Below, piece after piece: positions 25,571 to 37,879 of a DNA stretch of 64,000 nucleotides. Numbering within the stretch: position 1 is the first letter of the stretch; the number at the start of each line of letters is the position of its first letter. Source of the stretch: Felis catus (lineage: Eukaryota); assembly GCF_018350175.1 (NCBI RefSeq), contig NC_058368.1:126234001-126298000 (forward strand), read 5' to 3'. The notes beneath the pieces were generated by a model that saw only the letters and a list, made by a program, of their open reading frames with translations, was not told where the DNA came from and searched no databases. A program made the translations under genes and the position numbers.

Positions 25571-27019
25571 AAAGATAATGGTAAACTTGGGATGAAAAGT
25601 TAATGAATCAATAGCGAAATGAACAAAACTGCACACTAAAGAGCTCACAGAAAAGAAACGCATGTGGCAGACAAAATGCAAAACATAAAAGAGTGTGCTT
25701 AACCTCACTCATAATAAGGCGAATGTGTAATTATTATCTCGTGAAATTATATCCCAATTCAACCAGCATATTTTGGAACTCTAGAAAATAATCTACAATT
25801 AATATGGGAAAGTAAACATTCATGGATACGATGAAAATAGCTGACTTTTTTGAGACTTCCCACCCAGAGGACTTACTGCACTTTGGTAACAAGAGTGGCC
25901 TTTGGAACAACCTAGGTTTGAATCTTGGATCTTCTACTCATTACTGAGCCTCTCTGTGACTTCAGCTACCTCAACTGTAAATGGGTCTTTTATTTGTACC
26001 ATCCATTAGCGTTGCAAGGACCTTCGTTTAATGCTTGGCTTATAGCAACAATGATAGACAACGTTTACTGGGTGTTTATTATGGATGAGTCATTGTTCTA
26101 AGTATTTCATATTTCTTTCTTTTTCTTCATAGCAAACCTAGAAGGAGGCCAAGGTACCAAGATTCATACCTAGATCGGTAAGGGAATCATGAAACATAAA
26201 CACTGAGCTCTTAGCTACTGTCCTGTGCTGTATCAAATAATATTATGAGAAAAAAACTCATCTTACCAAAATGACATACTGTAAGGTAACAAACATTAAA
26301 ACAATAGAGCACCGCTACCAAAATTGACCTGTATGACAATACAGAAAATCTAGGAGTATATTTAGTTATATGTATTGATTACATAACAATTTCACAGTAA
26401 ATAAAGCAAGATCCTGAAAACAATCGGAAAAACTTGTATTGATCTGACTAATAGACATGATCTGTATATTAACAAAGTTCACAAATAAAGGGCAAATGGC
26501 CATAAGCACTTAAATGTTTTATAAGAATCAGTGAGTTATTTACCTAGATTCATTTCATTCAGCAAAATAACACTTTATGAATTCACTTCTTTATTTTTTG
26601 GAGATAAGTTTCATCGGGGGAGAAGAAATCTCAGGAGTAAATACTGCTTGGAAATTTTTGCTTAAACCTCAGTGTGTATGTAGGGATTTTAATATTGTAC
26701 AAAGTTGTGGCAGGCAGAAATAGTCACTAGATCAATGTAACCCACTAGAATATAACATTTTGAACTCAGCCTGGACTAGGTTGGTTTTTTTCTCAGACAT
26801 TTGTTCCCTCCATAAGCTTTCTAGTTTCATTTCTTCCCATTCTCCCTGTGCCCCTCATACCACCTTGTACTTTCTTCTTCTTTCCTTTTTTTTTTAAATT
26901 ATGAATTCACTTCTTTTCTAAATTAGCCGTAATCTAGATAGCCTAGGTTAGAAAGGTTGAATTTGATTTACCCAAGTGTTGGTCTACATTTTGGAATGTT
27001 TAGTATATAGATAACATGT

Positions 27020-27420
27020 CAGTCTGTTAAGGCTGTTTTTATTAAGTACCACATACTGAGCATCTTAATCAACAGAAATTTACTGTCTTATCGGTTAGAT
27101 CAGAAGTTCCAAATCCAGGTGTTACTATGGTTGTTCTCTTCTAAAGGCTAAACTGGAAAGATGCATTCCAGGCCTCTCTCCTTGGCTTGTAGATAGCCTT
27201 CTTCTCTGTCACTCCACATCATCTCTCTCTGTGTGTCTCTGTGTTCAAATTTCCCCGTTTTATAAGGACATCAGTTATGTTGGATCAGGGTCCTCCCCAG
27301 TGACCTTCTTTTAACTTAATTGCATACATAAAGACCTTACCTCCAAATAAGGTCACATTCTGAGGTACTGAGGATTATAACTCCAATATTTCTTTTTCGA
27401 GGGATATGATTTAACTCATA
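27020..27420. mobile_element. MLT1-type MaLR solo LTR
   Basis: TTAATCAACAGAAATTTA..CCTTGGCTTGTAGATAGCC..ATAAGGACATCAGT..CCAAATAAGGTCACATTCTGAGGTACT. Confidence 0.75.
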
Positions 27421-28284
27421 ATACTTAATATTTGAGTCTAAAACAAAATAGCCATGAGACCCTTTCGGAAGCTGTTCTGTTGGCCTCGGGGATACTTTCT
27501 TAAGCAGGTCCCTGTCCATTAACCATGCACATCTAATCCTCTTTGAGGATTTTTCAAGGTATATTTGAAACTTCAACACAACCTTCTTCTGGATGACATC
27601 AAAGAGTCCATTCTTCATTTTGCACAAACACAAACCCTATCAAGATGAACAAAACACATTTCTTGGGCCTGGCCCAGTATTTCCACAGTTGTATAAGAAC
27701 AACTTTAGTGTTTCAAAACTTCCATAGCATGAAGCACGCACAGCAATTAAATATACAACACACTCCTTCACAACAACATGGAAATCACAACGGGGAAATG
27801 AGCACCTTACGTGCAAGGCAGGAGGAAGTGGGTTAGGGAAACAAAGATTGGGCGTGGGCAAGAATCAGTGGAAATATGAAGGAGAAGTGAAATCTCTGTC
27901 CCATAATCCCCAGATATGTGAGGTCACAGTCCTAGATCCAGTCCCACCACACCCCCAAACCTCAACAATGCAACTCCTCAGCTATCTTGTGGATTATCAA
28001 CTGTGAGGGGGAAAGCCTCCTGTGGTGAGCACAGATATTCATCTCTTTATCACCCACTGTGGAATCGGGGGTCATCAGCTTCATCCCTCAGTCCCCTTCC
28101 TTTTATTTTATCAGCACGCACTCACATTATCATTTTCCAAATTTACCACCCATTCATCTGCATCCCTCCCATTGTCAAGTTTGTACAGGATGCCATTATC
28201 TCTTGCCTAGACCACCACATATAGTCGACCCTCGAACAACATGGTTTTGAACTCTGGGACCACTTATACATGGATATTTGTTTT

Positions 28285-29135
28285 CTGCCAAAAGCTTTAT
28301 TGTTTCCATTTGGTCTATGGCTTGGGAGAGGGCTCCAGGGTGGTTGAAGGGCTGCCTGGTGGCCTCAGGAAGAGGCTCAGGCAGAAGCTCTGACACCAGG
28401 GAAGAGCCAGAGGGCCCCTCGGAGAAAGGCGGTGCCTGAGGGGGGAGTCAGGTGAGGAGGTGCCCCCTGCCCCGCCGGCGGGCCGGCCCACGGGGTCAGG
28501 CAGGTGGTGTCCATCTTCGCGATGGGCGGCACCTGCGCAGCTGGCCGAGGTCCCGCAGGTGGCCCGCAGACGCGGGTGGGTGGGTGCGGGCAGACGCCAC
28601 GTCCGCGGACGCACAGGACGGGATTCGGGATCCTCCCGGCCGGGCCGCTGCCTTGGCGTCCGGAGGTCGATCCCGCTCACGCGCGCGGCTCCTGCACGTC
28701 CTGGAAGAAGCGCTGCGGCCCCGCCTGGCTGGCCTGTTCCAGCGACGCGGGGACCCTGGAGCTTCTCATCTCGCAACGTGGCCTGCGTCCACAGAGCCAC
28801 GTCCTCCCCTTGGAAACAGCGGCCCAGACAGAGGTGAGTGCGGGAGACGCGCAGAGGCAGGTGGGCCAGGCGGTGGACGCGGCTGCCACCCGGGTGGCAT
28901 AATTCTGACGCATGTGGGAGCTCGTGCTGGTGCACAGGAAAGGGGCCAAGTGCGGAAATCGGTGTTGGCTCTTCGGGGAGGCACAGGATGGCTGAGAAGG
29001 TGGTTCCGAAGGTTGCGACTGCAAAAGAGGTTGCAGGGTGCTGGGAGGCTGGAGGCCTCCTAGGGTCTGTCTGTTCCTTCCAAGCAGGGTTGAAGCAAGA
29101 GACAGACCTACAGGACTACCACCTGGTGCACTGAC
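28285..29135 (-). pseudogene. FTL: Processed ferritin light chain pseudogene (5'UTR with IRE remnant, CDS ~28428-28925, 3'UTR, polyA signal)
   Basis: Intronless. Translations TSSHMRQNYAT ~ MSSQIRQNYST, VHRLAHLPLRVSRTHLCLGRCFQGEDVAL ~ [37 protein letters not shown] ~ LFQDVQKP. 5'UTR GGTCTGTCTCTTGCTTCAAC and 3' end GACCAAATGGAAACAATAAAGCTTTT match recalled FTL mRNA. Start ATG>ACG (28923-28925), multiple frameshifts. Confidence 0.93.
29070..29106 (-). promoter_or_regulatory. Degenerate iron-responsive element (IRE) of the FTL retrocopy
   Basis: TCTTGC-TTCAA-CCCTGC-TTGGA-AGGAACAGA: stem and bulged C are retained, but the loop is CCCUGC instead of canonical CAGUGN. Confidence 0.85.
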
Positions 29136-29876
29136 CACTAGATCCAGATTTCTTAATGTGCAGTACTGTAAATGTAATTTCTGATTTTCCTAATAACATT
29201 TTGTTTTCTCTACTTTATTGTGAGAATGTAGTGTATATAATACATATGCCCTGCAAAATATGTGTTAATCAGTTGATTATGTTATTGATAAAGCTTCCAC
29301 TCAACACGAGACTATTAGTATAAGTTTTGGGGGAGTCAAAATTCATAGATTTTTGAGCCTCTGACCCCCATGCTCTTCAGGGGTGAACTGTACACTCTTG
29401 TGTCTGACTTCAACATAACCCCAGGCTAATCTCTTGTCCTCTGAGCAGACTCTGACCTACTTGAAAATCTTCAATGAGCTTTTAAATAAAACCCACTGTA
29501 CTTAACCATACTTGCACCCCCGATCCTGTATTCCATCATTTTATTCCACTTTCCCTCTTGCCCACTGTATCCAAAATCTCTGTTTTACTTTTATTTCCTT
29601 GAATATTCCAAATACTTGCTGGTCTTAGGACTTTCATATATTCTCTTCCCTCTTTCTGGAATTCTTGCTAATATTCAGCCTACATGCTCTGATAAATTAT
29701 ACTAGTTGTGAAAACAGTGAATGGCCTCTCCACCCCATTGGTAAGTACTGCTACCCCATGCCCCTGCATACCCCTACATACATCTACCTGCCCCTTTCCT
29801 AGAATCCCCTGCACTTCCATGAAACCCAGCAACTAAAGGAATAATGGCTGGCCCTCTGTGAGGGCTACAAGATCCT

Positions 29877-30232
29877 GTATTGGTTAGGGTTCAGCCAGAG
29901 AAACAAAGCCAATAGCAGATATATATTACGGGACTTATTGCAAGGAATTAGGTTATGCAGTTGTGGGGTTGACAAGTCAGAAATCCGTGGGGCAGGAAGG
30001 GCAGACCGGAAGCCTCAGGCACAAGTCAGGGCTGCAGGCCATAGAATTTTTCTTCTTCTGCAAAGCCTCAGTTCTACTCTTAAGGCCTTTCACCTGAGTG
30101 AATCAGGCCTCTCCTTAAAGTCAACTGATTATGAACAGTAATCACGTCTACAAAATACCTTCATAGCATCACTTAGATTTGAATAACTGGGGACTATAGC
30201 CCTAACTAAAGTAACACGTAAACTCAACATCA
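29877..30232. mobile_element. MLT2-type ERVL solo LTR
   Basis: TGTATTGGTTAGGGTTCAGCCAGAGAAACAAAGCCAATAG..TTAAAGTCAACTGATT..ATACCTTCATAGCATCAC. Confidence 0.7.
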
Positions 30233-30244
30233 GAAGTGTTGTTG

Positions 30245-30483
30245 CAGGTCATGATCTCATGACCTGATCTTTGGCTCAGGTCATGATCTCATGGTTTGAG
30301 AGTTTGAACCCCACATAGGGCTCTGCACTGATAGTACATAGCCTGCTTGGAATTCCCTCTGTCTCTTTCCCTCCCTCACCCCCTTCTCTCTCTTTGCACC
30401 TCCCCTGCTTGTGCTGTCCGTCTGTTTGTCTGTCTCTCTCTCTCTCTCTCTCTCTGAAAATAAATAAACTTAAAAAAAAAAAA
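30245..30483 (+). mobile_element. 5'-truncated/rearranged CAN-SINE
   Basis: Body from CTTTGGCTCAGGTCATGATCTC, CT repeat, A tail; AAGTGTT on both flanks. Confidence 0.88.
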
Positions 30484-32487
30484 AAGTGTTCCAACACTGT
30501 GGTTGCTGGTTATCTGCTGGAAGTTCAGTATTTTTAATCTCTTCCTTATCTGAACTGTCCCCTTATCTTATCCCTTGCTCTTTGGATGGTGGACACCTTT
30601 TCTACTTTGTATCCTCTAGAACCCCAGTTTAAATATCATCTACTCACAGAGAGTTCTCCTTAGTAGTCTCTCTGTGTAGGTCCTCCTGCCACCCAGGAAG
30701 AACCTACACTCTATTGTTTGTCTTCACTGCACTTATCACAAGTTAACTGTGTGTTTTCTTTGTTTACTGATTTTTATCTGTCATTCCCATAAAACTGTGT
30801 GTCCTGTGAGTGCTGAGACTTTCATCTGTACAACATTAAATACTAAGAGTTAAAATTGCCATGACTGAGACATAACAGGAGCTCAATTAATATTTGTCAA
30901 AGGAGCAAATGTAATCAGAGATTACTATGATTTGAGATACAAAGTCCCAGCTTTGTATCCATTTATACCTCTTCTTCGGACTTACCCCGAAGGTGAAGGT
31001 ACCTTCTGTGTTCAAAGTCCCACTTAATCAGGTCATTGTTCTGGCACAAGCAGAGGTTCAATGCAAACACATTGGTGACTCATTGCTTTTAGAGGAAACC
31101 GTGTAGAAATGCCTGATATTAACTAAGATCCACCATGTGGGTTCCTTCAGCAAATATTTTTATTCACATACACACCCCTCAGTCTTATCTCTAATGTCTG
31201 ACCTGAGTCCACTCCCACTGGAATAAAGGGTTTTTGTTAGAATTTCTGATTCGATGTTAAATGACTGTCAAGAAGAGTAGATAGAACTCACGAGCAGATG
31301 TTATGGTGTTGACTCTCCTTCTTAGCGGGCCCTGGAGTAGGACATGATCCAGCCAAAGGCACAGATACAGAATCTCAGTAATTGAAGCGGGCTCCTGAAG
31401 CCCACTCTCACCGCATCTCATCAGGAATTACAAAGGGATCCTCCAGATTGCTCAGAATTTCATTAATTTCCCACATCCATCATTCTAATCTTTTTCTTCT
31501 CTTCTGACCCAGTGGTATATTTACGAGATGTCTGCCCTCAGCTTTCTTGTTCTGTGTCTGGGATCGTGGACAGCAAAGTGTGCTGTATTGGTGGATTCTT
31601 TTCTATGTTGAATAAAAGTTTTATAGCACTTCTTGATGAAGTGGACATTTCCCCCTCTGCTTACTTGCTAACACATACAGGCCTTGAGTCACCAGTGATA
31701 AAGCTTTTAGGATGCTTGGGAATTTGATGGTCTTTGCACTATTCTAATTTCCTAGGATAAAATGAGGCACACAGATACTGTCTTAGAAGAGCTTTCTATG
31801 TTGGAGCAAAAATAGACAATTTTAGAAAGTGATAAAGCTATTTCTGTCCACAGCAAAATTGCATGGTTCTGTTTAAGTCATAATGATGACTCTAGATCAG
31901 GGAGAGTAGAATGTGATTCAGAGTGTATCACTGATACACTGTCCTATAGATTATCTAAAACAAGCCATTAAGCACTAATATCCTTACAAAATTCCCTCCA
32001 TATTCCTAATTTTGTTCAGCTGCCCTTCTCAATCTGTTTACCTGGCATGAGAATATGAAATATTACAGTATGATATGGCTAAGGTCAATCAGGAGAATAT
32101 TACATCTACCGCAGGACATAGATACCTGCCCAAGACAGAATTATAAAGTAGATGAAGTTTAAAGTTGGGGCCTCCAGCCCAAATATAGACTGTTTGTTCA
32201 CCTGAAGATTTTTTTGGTCTTCCCCCTCAGGAGCCAAAGGTTCCTTGCTCTTTCTCTTTAAGACATAACTCAGATCCTTTGTAATACCGTCCATAATCAC
32301 TTTTCCCTTCTCTAAATTCCTGAAACCCAGTTGGTTCCTATTATGCCAACTTGTCCTGTTATTTTTCATTATAGGTTTATTTCCTTGTTCCCAAATTAAA
32401 TTATGAATTCCTGAGGGGCATGGCTCTATTTTCTGTCTTTGTTTCCATACACCCCGTGGCATAGATAGTTTGCCAATTCCTTCTAGA

Positions 32488-32488
32488 C

Positions 32489-32517
<29 letters not shown>
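32488..32517 (+). repeat. Poly(A) run of about 30 nt
   Basis: Read directly from the sequence. Confidence 0.95.
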
Positions 32518-32521
<4 letters not shown>

Positions 32522-33890
32522 TTGTGGCAGAGAATACTTGGTTGTTCATCAAAATTTGCTTTCTCTTCTTTCTAGATGCATAGTTAAACTGTATTTCCCA
32601 ACCTCCTCTGCAGGGAAATCAAGCCCTGGGTGGTCTATGCAGCTTCTAGGCTTATTCCATTTAAACATCTTATGTTTCCCTTACCCTCCTTCTTTTTCTC
32701 TACTTTTGGTAAAAATGAGTCCTTAGGGATTACCAAAACCACAAGATGGAAGTAGCTTAGATCCTGAAATCACCTTGTTGAGGAAGTTCTCCACAGCCCA
32801 TTAGGAGCATGAATGCGGTTTCTTGTGTTAGGAAATATTTTGTGGACACTTCTATGGCTCAAACATCTGCCTTGGACTCTTGATACACATGAAATACACA
32901 CTGATTGTGTTTGAGAGGTCACATGTTTGTGGATTTACTTATTATAGCAACTTCCAGTCATTCTACTGAACCTAGTAATTTTTGTAGAAAGAACCTGAAC
33001 TGGGTTAAACTCTTTGCTCTCCCACAATGACTAAACTGTGATTTAAGGTGAGTTATTTAATTTCTCTGAGCCTCAGCTTCATTGTCTGTACAATATAGGT
33101 GATTATAGCAATGACCTCAATCAGTTTGTTAGAATTATGTCAGTGCACACAATCCCTTACACCAATGCCTGGTATCTAATGCGCACTCAGTGAAGATTAG
33201 TTCAGTACTGCTGTGATGTGTGCTTAGGATTAGAGCTCTTAAACATTCATCCCTGGCAGGGATCTAAGATTTTAGGTTAGAGTATGCAAGGACTTCACAT
33301 TAGGCCCATCTGTGTCTAACCAGATAATTGGGGATAATTATGCTACTATTTAGGTCAAAGGTACTCTCCTTTCTAGGCTGGGCTATTCAGGAGCTAAGGA
33401 GTAAGTCTGATCTTCCATTGGGTATTAATGACAAAATGGTAAGTTGTTCACCTAATCATTGAGGGAAAATAGAGCAAGGTGGATGAAGTGGACATTTGGT
33501 TGATGTAGTCAAGTTAAATTTAGATGGAGAACTGAAATAGTTATTATCTCTGCTGATGGGTCCCTTATACTAGAGTTCCCAATACACAGCACTCTCTAAT
33601 GCAGTATGCAATAAGCAAGATTGAATAAAGCAAAACTTAATTAGGCATGTATTTGTAGGCTGAATAAATCTTTGACATCTGCTTATAGACAATTTTAGGT
33701 TTCTTGCCTTAATATATTTATTCCTATTTAGTTAACATTCTGTCTTCAAAGTTTGAACATATAATTTATTTATCATCTCCAAAATCTATTCCTTCTATTT
33801 TCAGGACATTTAACTTAAAAAAAAAAAAGAGAGAGAGAGGTGTGGAAAGTGGGAGTTTGCAGTAATTTGTCCTAAGACAAAAGTTGTGAA

Positions 33891-34098
33891 GGGATGCCTG
33901 GGTAGATCAATCAGTTAAGCATCAGACTCTTGATTTGGGGTCATTCCCTGATGTCAGGGTTTGTGGAATCAAGCCTTGTGTCGTGCTCCAAGCTCACAGC
34001 TTGGGATACTCTGTCTTTCTTCTCTCTCTGCCCCTCTCCCATTCACGTGCATGCATGCTTTTTCTTTCTCAAAATAAAGGAAGAAACTTTTTAAAATT
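33891..34098 (+). mobile_element. Older CAN-SINE
   Basis: GGGATGCCTGGGTAGATCAATCAGTTAAG head; TSD AAGTTGTG. Confidence 0.85.
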
Positions 34099-34400
34099 AA
34101 GTTGTGTATCCAAATAAAATTTTAAGATTTGAAATCATGTTATCCTCTGCTACAGTTTTCTCCCAAGGAAGGCACAAATTTGGCATTTTTTAATTTTTTA
34201 TGTAAGGAAAAAATAAAGTTTTTAAAAAGCCGGCTTCTTAAGTCCATCACCCAAATCTGGAAACCAGGCAAGAAAAGATTTTTGAAACTGACTGCATATT
34301 GATGGATATTGTATCATGGCCTGTAGTTAAAAAAGCAAATTACACCCCCCACCATGAAATCCACCTAATGTCCATGAACAGGGAAATTGTTGGATAAATT

Positions 34401-34401
34401 A

Positions 34402-34452
<51 letters not shown>
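34401..34452. repeat. Interrupted (CA)n microsatellite
   Basis: Read directly from the sequence. Confidence 0.95.
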
Positions 34453-34453
<1 letters not shown>

Positions 34454-37400
34454 GTGTGGTATAATTCCATATTTTTAAAATTAAAATCAAAACCAAACAG
34501 AAAATAAATTGCATATATTTGTGAATATTCTTTTAATATAATTAGTAATATATTTTAGAGAAAGTTTTGAAAAATAAACATAAACTTTTTCATGTTGATT
34601 ACTCAGGGGCACAGATAATCAGGGCTGTGATTGGAGTGTGTTAGCTTTTTTTGTGGACTCCTATATTGTTTAATAGATACAATAGGAAGATATTACTATT
34701 GCAGTGTTAAATAATTTATAAGTCTTAAGAGGTCTTTAAAGGTGGAAGGCATTCCCAAAATGTGAGAGGATAAGAGTACCCATTGAAACAGATATTTGAA
34801 GACTTCCTAGGATTTTACAAAGCTTTAGTATGATAACTTGTGTCTCTCCTCCCTGAATCTACTTTTCACGTAATTGTATCAGAAATCTGCAATGTGAGGG
34901 ATGGTCACTAAAGCAACAAGGCACATTGATTTCAAAAATCATGTGAAACAGAGTATATTGCAACTTCGAATAGAAAAAATAGTTTACTGTAAGCTTATGT
35001 GAAATAAATGAATCTTTGGATTATTAGTAAGAAAAGGTATTCCATATTCCATTATGAGGGAGGAACAGAGGAATGAAGGAAAGAAAAAAAGGAAGGAAAG
35101 AAATAAAGAAACAAAGAAGGCAACTAATTCGGTAGCTCAACTGCCATTTCTACTGCTGTTGGTTGTAGGAGATCTAAAGCATTAGGGTCAAAAATAGAAG
35201 AGAAACAGATGTGACGGAAGTAAGCCAGAGTTGCAGAGTATCTCATGAGGTACAGTACAGAGGTGGGATGTCAGGCTAAGTTGAATTTGAGGACTTGCCT
35301 ATCCCCCCCTGCTTTCATCAGAGCATGGTAAATTTAATTGGTACGAGGGTTCTAGAGTTGCAGTAGCCCTGCAATTGGGTTGGTCCTACTTCCATCTCCA
35401 TTATGGATATGGCCACCGCCCAGAGATACTGTGCATGTAGGATACTGTCAGCTGAAGTGGAAAATTACCCCAACCATATAAGGGCCCAGGTGCCTTGTGA
35501 GTTCATGGAGTGACTATGGATGTCTCAGTGATGACATTCCTCATCACTCCAAATTTATGAGCAGCTACCAATTGGAACTAGATGCATAAAACAATCCCTC
35601 CCCAGCACTGTATGGAGGAATGGAATATAACCTGAATGGGGAAGCCCAGAATTTAAAAGTGTACCAGAATGGAGAGGATAGGGAGGATAACAGGAGTGAA
35701 TCACAAAGAGAAGGGACATTCGGCCTGCCTTTTCAAAAATGGGCTGATAGGTAGGAGAGAATATAAAATATGAATGATATAAACTGGGAGAATGGTCTTA
35801 AGGAAGCCAGACATGTCAGAGAGAAAGCAACATGATTAAAAAGAGAGGGTTATGATTCCATCCCTATAATTTGGATTATTTAAGAGACAATACATTTTAA
35901 GAGGAGGCCACAGAAGGGACTCTTTGTCCAAACATAAGATGTCAAGATTTTGGATCAACTCTATTATCTTGGTAAAGAAGAGGTGACTTTGTAAGCTAAG
36001 GAAAATGAGGGCTTTTCAGAACAGGCTGGCAAGGAATCATGCCCCTTGGCAAGTTTAGATTTCCTCTCCAAATCTCACATATTTGTTTAGGGCCAAATCC
36101 AACCTTTTGTTTTCAAACAATGCTGTATTCTAAAGCTCTTCAAAGGAGAATCTTGCCTCCTGGATGGGCCTGAAATCTCACAAAGTGAGTGAAAAAGACT
36201 TGCGTGGAGTCATATAGACAGAAAATCTGGCCCATCAATTTTCTGGGCTTCTTTCTTACAGCACAGAATGTTTGGGGGAAGCCAGGGGCTGTGTAGCCCA
36301 GCCCAAGATGCAGGAAGGCTGGCTCCCAGGTGAGCCGCAGCCAGACTCAGGCGACCATGTCCTCTTCCTCCATCTTACCAAAGTGAAGCCTTTTACAAAG
36401 GACTAGAAGAGAGGGTGTCTTTCACCTGTCCCCCTCAGATTTGTTTGAATTGCTCATTCTTAAAAAATAGAAAAATTCAATTGCTTAAATTATCTATTTA
36501 GGACCAATGAAAATAGGGACCTTATTTTAAACATGGTATATAAGTAATGACCATAGTGTTCTATGTTAACTAAGAATCTTTATCTAAATGTTAATGGATG
36601 GCAGTATAAAAAATCATCCAAGGGGCCACTCTGAAACAGGGGAACATGTAGGCAAACAAATAAGGAGCAGAGATGCAAGAAAAAAGTCAATAGGTATGAC
36701 TTACATTCCTTGAAATAAGTGCCTTCTCCACTTCATCCCTCTTCCACCATTTCCCACTAAAGTTTTTAATACTTTTTCCTCATGTAAAACTATTAACTGA
36801 CGTCATTAATTATACAAAACAGGAAGGCAAAGAAAGTTGAAGAACTACTGTAAGTTATATTACTTTCCATTAAATATTAAATGAATAAGTATGAAAATAT
36901 TTAAAACATCTAAGTGTTTGAAACAAGGATCACAAATAGTTTTAGCACAATTAGAAGAATTCAGAGAATTCACCAAATTACTTTCCTATGCAAAAAAGTT
37001 TTCTTATATAGTTTGTTAGAACAGATCTGAAACTAAGAGTCTCCCAACTGCAAGCTATTATCTTCTTCTACTTAGCTCTGTGGTCTTGGGAATAGTTATT
37101 GCATATTTTCATGCCTCAATTTCCTCAACAATGAAATGGGCATCAGACTGATGTCTAATTCATAGGACTTTTATGAGGATTAAGTAAATTAATGTATTTA
37201 AAATTCATAGAAGAGTATCTGATACATGGTAGGTACTTTATAAATATTAGCTATTACTGTTTTCCACCTTGCCTTCCTCTTAATTTACTACTTAAAACAA
37301 TGTTTCACAGTAATGCTTTTGAGTTGTTGAGTTACGGGAAATATAGAATTAGATGGTAGTGTATTTTGGATAGGAATCAGAAAATTTTGTTTATTTTCTT

Positions 37401-37879
37401 TCCTATTCCCAAAAATGATTTTTTGTAGAGCATCTTTCTTCAAGCCCACATTACTTCTTAAAAAATCAATAAAAGTTGTAGTGATTAGGTAGCCAAAATA
37501 TATGGAAGAAGGAATATGTTTTCCATCTCCTGTCCCAAATTAGACATTGAGTCCAGGGTGTGCCATTCACTGCCATCGTAATTATCATGACAAAGTCATT
37601 TGGAATAAGTTGAGCTGACAAATTGAACTAGGGAAAAATACATATCCATTACTCACACACCACTTGAAATGCCACCTCCTCAGTGAAGTCCTTTCTAATC
37701 CCACCCATCAGAACAAATAGCTTCATGATCAGTGTTCCAGTGCATCTTTATTTATACTTTGGGCACTGATCATTTTAGTCTGTGCATTGTTCTTTCATTG
37801 CACTAAATTGCAGACTCCCAAAAGCAGAATCTATGTCTTACTCATCTATTTTCCCAGAATGTAGACTACCTTACAGTAG

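Larger units (their letters stand above)
28222..29390 (+). mobile_element. Tigger2a/MER8-type Tc1-mariner non-autonomous DNA transposon split by the FTL retrocopy (arms ~28222-28280 and ~29145-29390)
   Basis: Terminal inverted repeats TAGTCGACCCTCGAACAAC ... GCTCTTCAGGGGTGAACTG, flanked by TA at both ends; internal CAGTACTGTAAATGTA...GGGGGAGTCAAAA resembles the recalled consensus. Confidence 0.85.

Noticed and set aside
28315..29138. Seven overlapping ORFs (72-206 aa) on both strands
   Set aside because: A by-product of extreme GC content. Ferritin similarity switches between frames, the ATG is lost, and no frame encodes an intact ferritin.
31412..31476. Short protein-like minus-strand frame MWEINEILSNLEDPFVIPDEMR ending at a GTGAGA donor
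   Set aside because: In-frame stop just upstream, no acceptor or promoter evidence, and too short to distinguish from chance.
32106..32552. 148-aa ORF containing poly-Phe
   Set aside because: Runs through a poly(A) tract and an old repeat fragment; no coding signal.
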